From positions 147,785 to 211,784 of IMG/VR virus record IMGVR_UViG_3300044633_003049: a stretch of DNA of 64,000 nt. One strand, 5' to 3'. The stretch's first letter is position 1, and every line of letters starts with the position of its first letter. Of this stretch, positions 48,868-58,053 are shown piece after piece. Made by a program: the position numbers and the translations under genes. The notes beneath the pieces were generated by a model that was not told the DNA's origin, searched no databases, and saw only the letters and a list, made by a program, of their open reading frames with translations.

Positions 48868-50988
48868 TTATAAACCGTATTTAGATTTGTCTGCGTTATA
48901 GTTATTCAAAACTTCAGTTGATGTTAATGCACTACTATATAAACGGGTTATACCAATCTTACCATCAAAGTATTGTGGGTATTCACCATTATTATATGAA
49001 CCAATGTATAAGTTTGTAGTAGTGTTTAATATACTTGCTAAACTGTGATTTACAGTACCGATACTAACACCATTAACAAATGTTTGAAATGTATTGGCCG
49101 CAACATTAGTAAATACATAAACTATTTGATACCATGTATTAAGTGTTGCGGTGTGGTTTGTACTATTAACAAATAGTGTTGATCCTGAACCCGCACCCGA
49201 ACCATATTGTCCATAAAATGTTGAAGCAGTTGTTCTAACACTATAACCCACACTTGTTGTTAACCCAGCTGCGTTAAATTTACCAAGTACTACATCATTA
49301 CCTGCTACTGATTGATTCACCCAAACTTCTACTGTCCAATCACCACTTCCCGGTTCTAATGCCGCATTATCTGCAACTGAAATTTGTGATGAAGAACCAT
49401 TGTATGTGAAGTATGGTGATGTATATGTTATATTACTCATTGTTCCATTCAAATCATTACCTGATAAATCATTAATTGTTGTTCCACTACCAGGATATGA
49501 AGAAAGGTTTGATGGGTCGTAATGTAATACTAAATTGCTTGTAGTTATCCCACTTGCGGCGACACTTGGTGTGGGTGTAACTGAATTGGTAGGTGTGACC
49601 GTATTAGTGGGGGTATTAGTGGGTGTATTCGTTGGAGTTTGCGTAGGTGTTTCAGTAACCGTAGGAGTTGGTGTGTTAGTTGGAGTAGGTGTTGGGGTTT
49701 CACTTCCTGTTGGTGTTGGTGTGTTAGTCGGTGTATTAGTCGGCGTTTGCGTTGGAGTAACGGTATTTGTTGGTGTCGAAGTAATTGTGTTAGTAGGAGT
49801 GTTTGTAGGTGTAATACTTGGTGTTGGTGTATTGGTTGATGTATTAGTTGGTGTAACAGTATTAGTAGGAGTAACAGTATTAGTAGGTGTTGGTGTGTTA
49901 GTTGGTGTTGGTGTTGGGCTTGGTAAAACATCTGAACAACCATATATTGAATAATTTGGTTTAATTGATGTTAAATAATGATGATTAACATGAACAAAAT
50001 CCAACGGTTCTTCAAAATACTTAACTTGTTTTAAAACACCATTAAGTGAATTATTACCAAAAATTTGTACGATTTCATTTTCAGAAGACCTTAATGATGG
50101 AATTATTTCCTCAAAGTTTTCTAATTTATATATTCTTTTACCGTTATGATAAATTTTAAGTGTTCCTAATCTTTTTTGTTTTTCTCCTGCCCATTTTTTA
50201 TTTAATTCTTCCACATAACTATATTCAGTATCCCCCGTAATCCAATTTAATGATCCGGTAACCATTGTATAACCTGTGGTGATTTGTGTTGAGTGACCTA
50301 TAAATGAACCCGAAAAGAAACTACCAGTATCACCAGTTGTCGGAGCCCATAATTCATCAGTATAACTAACTGCGTGTGGACCTAATATTAAATCATTAAA
50401 TCCCCCCTCATTCTCAATCTCACAACCATAAAGATATGTGTATCTATCAAATGTGATTGTAATATTAAAATCGTCATATATTCCATTTGCACATAATTCA
50501 GGAGTATTACCTGTTATTGTGTAATATGACTCCGTGTACCCACTATCTGGATTACATAATCCCGAATAATGAAATGACTCCCATTTTATCTTTTTATTAT
50601 TGGTAAATGAGAATGTTAAATTATTATCCGCGTAATTCCCATTAGCCAAATCATCTTTAATTCCTAAATAGTAAAATGTCGTTCCAGTTACTAATCTATC
50701 AAAAACCAAATCTAATGTCCAACCCTTCTCTGTTCTTCTACGAACAGTAAAATCACAGGTGTCTCCCGTATAACGAGTATTCACCGCAACTTCCCAAGGT
50801 GAAGTTAGTCCCGTTAAACAAGAAGAATCGATAGTTAGTCCTGTATATGTTATTTCCGTGTCGAAATCTAAGACCTCTTCATTATAATCCATTTGAACTT
50901 TTGATAGTTCATAGTCATATAATTCGGAATAATCTACCTTTAAATCGAGTTTGGAACCGTAAAATCTTAAAATATTCTGATTAGCCAT
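48868..50988 (-). CDS. Virion protein with Pro/Thr mucin-like linker and C-terminal LamG/concanavalin A-like domain
   Basis: LVLHYD...[50 protein letters not shown]; start MANQN at 50988 preferred. Confidence 0.8.
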   Translation of the reverse strand: MANQNILRFYGSKLDLKVDYSELYDYELSKVQMDYNEEVLDFDTEITYTGLTIDSSCLTGLTSPWEVAVNTRYTGDTCDFTVRRRTEKGWTLDLVFDRLVTGTTFYYLGIKDDLANGNYADNNLTFSFTNNKKIKWESFHYSGLCNPDSGYTESYYTITGNTPELCANGIYDDFNITITFDRYTYLYGCEIENEGGFNDLILGPHAVSYTDELWAPTTGDTGSFFSGSFIGHSTQITTGYTMVTGSLNWITGDTEYSYVEELNKKWAGEKQKRLGTLKIYHNGKRIYKLENFEEIIPSLRSSENEIVQIFGNNSLNGVLKQVKYFEEPLDFVHVNHHYLTSIKPNYSIYGCSDVLPSPTPTPTNTPTPTNTVTPTNTVTPTNTSTNTPTPSITPTNTPTNTITSTPTNTVTPTQTPTNTPTNTPTPTGSETPTPTPTNTPTPTVTETPTQTPTNTPTNTPTNTVTPTNSVTPTPSVAASGITTSNLVLHYDPSNLSSYPGSGTTINDLSGNDLNGTMSNITYTSPYFTYNGSSSQISVADNAALEPGSGDWTVEVWVNQSVAGNDVVLGKFNAAGLTTSVGYSVRTTASTFYGQYGSGAGSGSTLFVNSTNHTATLNTWYQIVYVFTNVAANTFQTFVNGVSIGTVNHSLASILNTTTNLYIGSYNNGEYPQYFDGKIGITRLYSSALTSTEVLNNYNADKSKYGL
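49545..49920. repeat. Low-complexity Pro-Thr repeat (TPTPTNTPT)
   Basis: Translation of the 48868 ORF. Confidence 0.9.
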
Positions 50989-50989
50989 G

Positions 50990-51030
50990 TTTATATAAAT
51001 ATCTTTCATAACATTTGATATTTATATAAA
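50990..51030. promoter_or_regulatory. Perfect 14-bp inverted repeat forming back-to-back putative late promoters
   Basis: tttatataaatatc 50990-51003 and gatatttatataaa 51017-51030, between divergent genes. Confidence 0.7.
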
Positions 51031-51041
51031 AGTCCATTTAG

Positions 51042-51815
51042 ATGAATAATTTTATAAAACAGGTAATTGAGGAGAAATTTGCATCAAAAGCACAACAAAG
51101 ATTCTTCTATGCAAAAGCCAAAGGGGGTAAAAATAAGAAGTGGTCCAAATGGGCCAAAGAGTTTTCTGATAAAACAGATTATAATAAAATACCTGATAAA
51201 GTAGAAAAAGAAGAAGAGGTGGATGAGATTGTAGATAAAAATGGTAATATCTTAACAAGTAAAAAACCTTCGGATTTAGATGCTAAAGGTGTTAGTTCCG
51301 ATTCAACAAGTGATGAAGTGGCTCTAACTGGTAAAGGTATGATGGGTAATTACGGTATGACTAAGGTTCAAAACTACACAAAGTTCTGGGGAGAGGGTAA
51401 ATTAACCAAAGGAGAACTTATTGAAATTGCAATGAAAGATGCTCTTGGATTTGATGCAACAATGGGAAATGACGCAGATTACGAAGAGGCTGAAGAATAT
51501 TTTGAAAAAGATTTAGGTTTGGACAGTGAAGAAACTGAAGATAGAATGGATCAAATGGGTTATGATAAAAATTTACCTGACGATAAGGTTAGATTAGTTG
51601 AGAACCCAAAGAAGTATATGGAGGAATATATTGAGAGTATTCTTAAAGGTAGAAGTAAAGATAATGATGTTTTAGAAAAGGAAAAGGAAGAAGTTGAACC
51701 AAAAGAAATACACCCAATTATTAAAAGACAACTTAATTCATTAAAAAATAGTATGGATAGTCACGGTTTAACTGCTGACGATGTAATTAATTATATTAAA
51801 AAAGATAATGAATAA
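51042..51815 (+). CDS. Hypothetical protein (putative head-internal)
   Basis: Charged 257-aa ORF with TATTTAT upstream. Confidence 0.7.
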   Translation: MNNFIKQVIEEKFASKAQQRFFYAKAKGGKNKKWSKWAKEFSDKTDYNKIPDKVEKEEEVDEIVDKNGNILTSKKPSDLDAKGVSSDSTSDEVALTGKGMMGNYGMTKVQNYTKFWGEGKLTKGELIEIAMKDALGFDATMGNDADYEEAEEYFEKDLGLDSEETEDRMDQMGYDKNLPDDKVRLVENPKKYMEEYIESILKGRSKDNDVLEKEKEEVEPKEIHPIIKRQLNSLKNSMDSHGLTADDVINYIKKDNE

Positions 51816-52302
51816 GGATTTAAAACATAGGATATTTGATATACCGCAGAACATTTTAGATAAGATTAACCACACAATTGTTGGTCTTAACGGAACACAT
51901 GTTCATGGTGTACAAAGAGCTAAGAAACTTTTAATAGATAAAAAAGTTAAATATGGACAGTTAAAAAGAATTATACATGACTTACAAAATATTGATAAAA
52001 TTGGTGATAGAGTTAGGTATGACTTGGCTGGTGGTGAATTAATGGATATGTGGTCCAAACAATACCTACAAGGTGAAAGAGATATGGTGAGTAATAGAAA
52101 AGACGGAAGAAAACAGGCTGATGATATTGGTGGGATAACAGGGGAAAGAAAAAATAGTCATTTGAAAAAACATTCAAAGAAGCCAGATTTCTTACCTCCT
52201 TTGAATATGATGAAAAGTAATTCACATAAATCTTCAATATCAAGTATTAAATTATCAGGTTTGTTTGAACAATTACAAAGAATAAAAAAATTAATGTTAT
52301 AA
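51808..52302 (+). CDS. Hypothetical protein
   Basis: 164 aa, C-terminal LFEQLQRIKKLML. Confidence 0.7.
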   Translation: MNKDLKHRIFDIPQNILDKINHTIVGLNGTHVHGVQRAKKLLIDKKVKYGQLKRIIHDLQNIDKIGDRVRYDLAGGELMDMWSKQYLQGERDMVSNRKDGRKQADDIGGITGERKNSHLKKHSKKPDFLPPLNMMKSNSHKSSISSIKLSGLFEQLQRIKKLML

Positions 52303-52303
52303 T

Positions 52304-52699
52304 ATGGCAAAGACACAATTAGAAGTTATCGCTGAAAAATTAAGAACACAAGAAGTTGTTATTAACAGATATTCAGAAAAAAATGGTTATGGTATCACAA
52401 GTAAAAATGCACTTTCCGACGGAGATGAATTAGGTAAAGGACAAGTTGGTGATACGGGTACTGTCGGTTCATTAACTGATATTAACACAAGAATTCAAAT
52501 TATGGCAACCAATAAATATAGTGGTGAAAATGGATATGGTGTTACAAATCCTAATGCAATGTCAGATGGTGACGAATTTGGTAAAGGACAAATTGGTGAT
52601 AATGGACAAGTTGGTTCATTAACCGATATTAATACAAGAATACAAGTTATTAATAAAAATAAATTTGGTGAAACCAACAAATATCCTGATTTCGAATAA
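52304..52699 (+). CDS. Hypothetical protein built from two 49-aa repeats
   Basis: N.YS..NGYG.T..NA.SDGDE.GKGQ.GD.G.VGSLTDINTRIQ occurs twice, 147 bp apart. Confidence 0.75.
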   Translation: MAKTQLEVIAEKLRTQEVVINRYSEKNGYGITSKNALSDGDELGKGQVGDTGTVGSLTDINTRIQIMATNKYSGENGYGVTNPNAMSDGDEFGKGQIGDNGQVGSLTDINTRIQVINKNKFGETNKYPDFE

Positions 52700-53529
52700 T
52701 GAATTTTAATCAAACATTCTTCGATGTTATTGAAGAACAAAATATATTAAAGACGACTAAAACAAAACCTATTGTTGATGCAATCAAAAGTAGGAATAAG
52801 ATATCTTTTTTTTATAGTGGGCCAAGAAAACCCGCAAAAAATAGTGTTAAACCAGGTAATAGAATTGACGCAGAAGCGGTTGCGTTAGGTTTAAATAAAA
52901 AAGGTAATTTAGTTGTTCGTGCGTATGTCCAACCACCATCAGTATCCAAAAAAGGATTTGATAAAACAGGTTGGAGAACTTTTATGGTTGGTCGTATGAG
53001 TAATTTAAAGGTTAGTGATAGTAAGTTTGACCAAAAAAGACCCGATTATAAAGAAGGTGACGATAAATCTATGAGTGTTACTTATGTAACTTCCGATTGG
53101 ACAAATAAACCTGAAGTTAAAAAACCAAGGATTGTTAAACCTATTGTTACTAAACCAACTACTCCTACAACTGAACCTACGGAACCAACACCAACAGAGC
53201 CGGAGGTTACAACATCACAAGAACCAAAGACAACAGAGTTACCTCAACCAAAACCTCAAACTAAACCTGAACCAACACCACAAGATACGGTTGATAAAGG
53301 AAAAGAACTATATAAAGCTAAAGAAGTTGATTGGATTAATAAACAAAAAGAGGTTGGTGGTAATACTAAACCAGGTCAAGGTACAAGAGAAAGATTTAAA
53401 AAGGAAGTTGAAAAAGAATTACCTCAACCAAAACCAACAGAAAAACCTGTTGCAAATCCTGAAGAAGAGGATGAAAATAAGAAACTTCAAGAAAGTATTA
53501 AAAACATTAAGCGTTTAATGTTTTCATAA
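52699..53529 (+). CDS. WYL-like domain protein with Pro/Thr/Glu-rich tail
   Basis: DAIKSRNKISFFYSG...R.IDAEAVALG...LVVRAYV...GWRTFMVGRMSNL matches the WYL pattern; no HTH. Confidence 0.65.
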   Translation: MNFNQTFFDVIEEQNILKTTKTKPIVDAIKSRNKISFFYSGPRKPAKNSVKPGNRIDAEAVALGLNKKGNLVVRAYVQPPSVSKKGFDKTGWRTFMVGRMSNLKVSDSKFDQKRPDYKEGDDKSMSVTYVTSDWTNKPEVKKPRIVKPIVTKPTTPTTEPTEPTPTEPEVTTSQEPKTTELPQPKPQTKPEPTPQDTVDKGKELYKAKEVDWINKQKEVGGNTKPGQGTRERFKKEVEKELPQPKPTEKPVANPEEEDENKKLQESIKNIKRLMFS

Positions 53530-53562
53530 AAAATATTATATTAAAATAAAATATTTATTAGT

Positions 53563-54135
53563 ATGTCACAAGGAAAAGGAACAATATCATCTAACGATTT
53601 AATGCAAAAATTAGTTAATGCTAAAAAGGTTATGAATAAAGTAGACGGCGGAAACTACGAAAGAGGTCATGTAAATGAAGAAATGTTAAGGTCTAATCCA
53701 GAAGATTTAATGAATAGTCAAGATTTACCACAACAATCTTCTACAAAACAAATGGGTATGCCGTCTGTTGATAAAATACAAAATTCTAAATTACCTGACG
53801 CAATTAAAAAAGCAATGATTGAGAATCCAATTCAACAAATATCTTTAAATGATACACTTGATATGGATTTCTTAAAAGGTGCTAAAAGATTAATGGAACA
53901 AGAAGGTGTCGGTAAAAAACAACCACAACAAAAACAAGTAGTACAATATAATAGTAATATTGATATGGGGGCAATTGCCACACTTATTGAAAATACAGTT
54001 CGTAAAGTGATGGACGAAAAGTTAAATCAAATATTAACAGCATCAACCACAGCATCAATTAATGAAAATTTAGTATTAAAGGTAGGTGATTCAATATTCA
54101 AAGGTAAAATCACTGGTGTAAATAAAGCAAAGTAA
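53563..54135 (+). CDS. Hypothetical protein
   Basis: 190-aa ORF with TATTTAT upstream. Confidence 0.7.
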   Translation: MSQGKGTISSNDLMQKLVNAKKVMNKVDGGNYERGHVNEEMLRSNPEDLMNSQDLPQQSSTKQMGMPSVDKIQNSKLPDAIKKAMIENPIQQISLNDTLDMDFLKGAKRLMEQEGVGKKQPQQKQVVQYNSNIDMGAIATLIENTVRKVMDEKLNQILTASTTASINENLVLKVGDSIFKGKITGVNKAK

Positions 54136-54186
54136 TTTTGTTTTCTCATTTTTATTTCTTATATTATAGACATATAATAGTAATTA

Positions 54187-55407
54187 ATGTCAAAAATTAG
54201 AATTTTAGCGATTCCCTCGGATAAACACGGAGTAGGTAAGTTTAGGATGATGGACCCTTACCAATTTATTGGTGATAATCATTCGGATGATATCCATGTT
54301 GATATCTCATATAATGCAGATAACAATGATGAATATTTTTTAAATTACGATATCGTCGTATTTCATACGTTCATACATCAAACAAATCACGAACAAAACA
54401 TTGGAAGAATAAAATGGTTGCAATCCAAGGGTATTAAAGTTATTATGGATATTGATGATTTGTGGTTTGTCGATCAAAGACACCCAATGTATCATCACGT
54501 TAAAGCGTCTAAGATAGGTGAGATGAAAATCGACATGTTAAAAGCAGTTGATTACGTTACAACGACGACACCAATTTTTGCTAAAACAATTAAAGATAAA
54601 TTACATATAAAAAATATTGAGATTTTTCCAAATGCAGTTAATGAAGATGAACCTCAGTTTAAGAGAGAACCAATTAAGTCAGATAAAATTAGATTTGGTT
54701 GGTTAGGTGGTTCATCACACTTACACGATATTGAATTAATGTCAAATGGTATTTCTTCAACGCACAACAGTTTCAAAGATAAAGTACAATTTGTGTTATG
54801 TGGATTTGACTTAAGAGGAAGTGTCACTGAAATTAACCAAGAAGGAAAACAAAGACAACGTCCAATTCAACCAACAGAAACTGTTTGGTATAAGTATGAA
54901 AAATTCTTTACTGAAGATTATAAAGTATTAAGTCCTCAATATAAAAGTTTTTTAAATACATTTGTTGATACACCATATGATGATGAAAATGAATCATATA
55001 GAAGAAGGTGGACAAAGGACATTAAAACATACGCATCAAATTATAATACATTTGACGTGTCTTTGGCTCCGTTAGTTGAATCTCAATTTAACGCTAACAA
55101 ATCACAATTAAAAGTTATTGAAGCTGGGTTTCATAAGAAAGCAATTATTGCAAGTGAAACTGACCCATATACATTAGATTTAATTTCAGCAATTAACGAC
55201 GGTAAGTTTAATGATAATGGTAATGCATTATTAGTTAACCCAAGAAGAAATCATAAGGATTGGGCAAAACATATGAAACGTTTAGTTGAGAATCCAAATA
55301 TGATTGAAGATTTAGGTAATCGTTTATATGAAACAGTAAAAGACAAATACTCATTAAAAAAAGTTTGTCAAGATAGAGTAGAATTTTTTAAATCAATAAT
55401 AAAATAA
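54187..55407 (+). CDS. Glycosyltransferase, GT-B fold (family 4-like)
   Basis: VIMDIDDLW, RFGWLGGSSHLHD, FDVSLAPL...FN..KSQLKVIEAG...IIAS. Confidence 0.8.
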   Translation: MSKIRILAIPSDKHGVGKFRMMDPYQFIGDNHSDDIHVDISYNADNNDEYFLNYDIVVFHTFIHQTNHEQNIGRIKWLQSKGIKVIMDIDDLWFVDQRHPMYHHVKASKIGEMKIDMLKAVDYVTTTTPIFAKTIKDKLHIKNIEIFPNAVNEDEPQFKREPIKSDKIRFGWLGGSSHLHDIELMSNGISSTHNSFKDKVQFVLCGFDLRGSVTEINQEGKQRQRPIQPTETVWYKYEKFFTEDYKVLSPQYKSFLNTFVDTPYDDENESYRRRWTKDIKTYASNYNTFDVSLAPLVESQFNANKSQLKVIEAGFHKKAIIASETDPYTLDLISAINDGKFNDNGNALLVNPRRNHKDWAKHMKRLVENPNMIEDLGNRLYETVKDKYSLKKVCQDRVEFFKSIIK

Positions 55408-55413
55408 AACAAC

Positions 55414-55650
55414 ATGCATTATTTAGTTACAATCGGTTATGAAACCGAACAAATGGACAGAGAAGGAAACCCTCGTGTTAAAAAGTACAAGTACATTATC
55501 GAAGCGGAATCGGTAGAAGAAGCAACAATTGTCGCATCAAAGTACAGAGCAGGTGACACACGTTCAAGTGAAAGCATTTCAGTTGCTAAAATGGCAATTG
55601 AATGTATCATTGATAGTAAGAACACACCTGAGTATTACAAAAGTAAATAA
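55414..55650 (+). CDS. DUF4494-like small protein
   Basis: Y.VTIGYE......GNPRVKKYKYIIEAESVEEA pattern resembles Bacteroidota DUF4494. Confidence 0.5.
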   Translation: MHYLVTIGYETEQMDREGNPRVKKYKYIIEAESVEEATIVASKYRAGDTRSSESISVAKMAIECIIDSKNTPEYYKSK

Positions 55651-55669
55651 CAATTAAACACCAACTGAT

Positions 55670-55882
55670 ATGGAGTTCTATAGTCGTGAAATACAAATTA
55701 TGCGTCAATCGCAAAGTAAAATGGCTTTAGAGTATGTCACAACAGTTGGTGTTTCTGTTACTTTAGAAGAGTTAATACGAATAACTGATTTATTCGTAGA
55801 AATATGTTTAAGACCCCAAGATGATGACCTTAAAAGAAGAATAAAGGCGTTAGATAAATGGTTGGAAGAAAAGAAAAAATAA
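55670..55882 (+). CDS. Hypothetical protein
   Basis: 70-aa ORF in the operon. Confidence 0.6.
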   Translation: MEFYSREIQIMRQSQSKMALEYVTTVGVSVTLEELIRITDLFVEICLRPQDDDLKRRIKALDKWLEEKKK

Positions 55883-55883
55883 A

Positions 55884-56537
55884 ATGGAAAAAGAAGAAAT
55901 AGAACAGTACCTAAAAAAATTAGAAGAGATTGAAAAAACACTTAATGACGATACTGATGAAAGTCAGGATATGAGTTATTTAAGTGAGTTAGAAGATGTT
56001 TTAAATAAATTATCTGGAGAAATTATTAATGATGACGCACCAAAAAATGTTAATACTCCTGTTGCCGGACGAAACATAATTAACACTCAACCAACAATGA
56101 CGGGAGGTGGTACTTTAGTTAAAGTTAAAAAATTAGTTCCTGAAGCTGTAATCCCATCATATTCAAAAGTTGGGGATGCTGGTATGGATTTAACAATCAC
56201 AAAAGAAATAGAAAATACATCATTTAGTGTTTCTTATGGATTTGGTATTGCAATTGAAATTCCACAAGGTTATGTCGGTTTAGTATTCCCACGTTCATCT
56301 GTACGTAACCAAGATTTAATATTATCAAATTGTGTGGGTGTTATTGATAGTGGATATAGAGGAGAATTACAAGCCACCTTTAAGAAAACAAATGGTTTGG
56401 ACTCAATTAAATACAAAGTTGGAGATAGAGGAGCTCAAATCATCATATTACCTTATCCTACCATATATATGACGGAGGTTCTTGAATTATCTAATACAGA
56501 AAGAGGTGAGGGAGGATTTGGATCTACTGGTGTTTGA
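55884..56537 (+). CDS. dut: Trimeric dUTPase with acidic N-terminal extension
   Basis: Motifs AGMDL, PRSS, GVIDSGYRGE, RGAQII, RGEGGFGSTG. Confidence 0.95.
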   Translation: MEKEEIEQYLKKLEEIEKTLNDDTDESQDMSYLSELEDVLNKLSGEIINDDAPKNVNTPVAGRNIINTQPTMTGGGTLVKVKKLVPEAVIPSYSKVGDAGMDLTITKEIENTSFSVSYGFGIAIEIPQGYVGLVFPRSSVRNQDLILSNCVGVIDSGYRGELQATFKKTNGLDSIKYKVGDRGAQIIILPYPTIYMTEVLELSNTERGEGGFGSTGV

Positions 56538-56580
56538 TGATATTTATAAACAATAAACAGAACTTTTAAAACTATCAATT

Positions 56581-57312
56581 TTGGCATATAAAACTAGAAC
56601 CAAAACAACCAACCACCCACCCGTATTAGTAGAAGAGAAGAAGATATCACATAAGGATAGGATTAGACAAATCATCAAACGTCCTAAAGAAAAGTTCCTA
56701 ACGAAAAACCAAGAAATTTATTGGAACATTCTTGGAGAAAATCAAATAACATTATGTTTCGGTCCCGCAGGTGTAGGTAAGTCCTACATAGCAATGAAAC
56801 GTGCTGTGGACCTATTATACGACGATTCTAACAAGTATGAGAAGATTATCATAGTTAGGCCCGCAGTTGAAGCTGAAGAGAAATTAGGGTCACTTCCAGG
56901 GGGTTTAGAAGAGAAATTAGACCCATACATTTATCCGTCATATTATCTATTAAACAAAATTATTGGTAAGGAATCAAGAGAAGAACTAAAAGACCAAGGT
57001 TATATTGAGGTTGCTGCTCTCGCTTACATGAGAGGTTGGAACGTAGATAATACTATTCTTGTTTTTGAGGAAGCACAAAATGCTACCCCATCACAAATTA
57101 AGTTATTATTAACTCGTATTGGATTTAATTCCAAATTTTTCTTATCAGGAGACCTTGAACAATCAGATAAATTTAGAGATAAAACTAAATCTGGTTTATT
57201 TGATGCCAAAATGAGATTACAAGATGTTAAGGGAATTGGTATTTTTGAATTTGGAATGCAAGACATTGTACGAAACCCAATCATTGGTGAAATATTGAAT
57301 AGGTACGATTAA
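56581..57312 (+). CDS. phoH: PhoH-family ATPase
   Basis: GPAGVGKSY, RPAVE, GSLPG, YMRGWN, EEAQN, GDLEQSD, DIVRNP; TTG start. Confidence 0.92.
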   Translation: MAYKTRTKTTNHPPVLVEEKKISHKDRIRQIIKRPKEKFLTKNQEIYWNILGENQITLCFGPAGVGKSYIAMKRAVDLLYDDSNKYEKIIIVRPAVEAEEKLGSLPGGLEEKLDPYIYPSYYLLNKIIGKESREELKDQGYIEVAALAYMRGWNVDNTILVFEEAQNATPSQIKLLLTRIGFNSKFFLSGDLEQSDKFRDKTKSGLFDAKMRLQDVKGIGIFEFGMQDIVRNPIIGEILNRYD

Positions 57313-57337
57313 AATAATTATTAAATTACATATTTTG

Positions 57338-57372
57338 ACCCACATCGTTTACTATAATGGTGTGGGTTTATT
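57338..57372 (+). terminator. Putative terminator after phoH
   Basis: acccacatcgtt...aatggtgtgggt hairpin followed by a T-rich stretch. Confidence 0.55.
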
Positions 57373-57408
57373 ATTTACTTATGGTTATGAATATGTTATA
57401 TTTTTATT

Positions 57409-58053
57409 ATGGAAATTTTTATTAGTATAGATGGTGTTATAAGAAACACAATTCAAAAATTTGACTTTCATTATAAGGATTCTTATTTGGATAGTGAAAG
57501 TGAAGATGTCTTTGAATACGACATAACGGAACCAATTCAAAACGACAATTTATTAAATTCTTATAAATTTCAATCACAAGAAGAATTTGAATATTTTTTA
57601 TTTGTTGAATACCCAATTGAAATATTTGGTCACGCTGGTTTGAGTTACTCCACCACATTTACGGATTTACATAAAATGATTTTTGATAATCCTGAACACA
57701 ATTTTACATTAGTTGGTTTAGATGAATTAGGTAAAGCAAAACCTGCAACACTTTTCTTCTTATCAAAAAATGGATTCATGGGTAATAATATTAAATCTAT
57801 TAAAACTGAAAACTTAAATGAGAATTGGAATAAGTGTGATGTTTGGATTACTGATTGTAAAAAAATTGTTGACTCGTGTCCAAGTGATAAAGTTGTAATT
57901 AAATTTAATACGACTTATAATCAATACTTTACAAATAAAAAAGAAATAACTAAATTAACAGAAATACAAGAACCATGGTTGAAATCTTTGGAAAAATCTA
58001 CTACATTGACCTTGACGGAGTCACAGACAAATGTAGAACAGGAAAAAATATAA
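57409..58053 (+). CDS. HAD-like 5'(3')-deoxyribonucleotidase (NT5C-like) with degenerate catalytic motifs
   Basis: ISIDGVIRN motif I, CDVWITD motif IV, FNTTYN. Confidence 0.55.
   Translation: MEIFISIDGVIRNTIQKFDFHYKDSYLDSESEDVFEYDITEPIQNDNLLNSYKFQSQEEFEYFLFVEYPIEIFGHAGLSYSTTFTDLHKMIFDNPEHNFTLVGLDELGKAKPATLFFLSKNGFMGNNIKSIKTENLNENWNKCDVWITDCKKIVDSCPSDKVVIKFNTTYNQYFTNKKEITKLTEIQEPWLKSLEKSTTLTLTESQTNVEQEKI

Noticed and set aside
49535-49954. ORFs 49535..49954, 49545..49943 and 49639..49839
   Set aside because: Shadows of the Pro-Thr repeat
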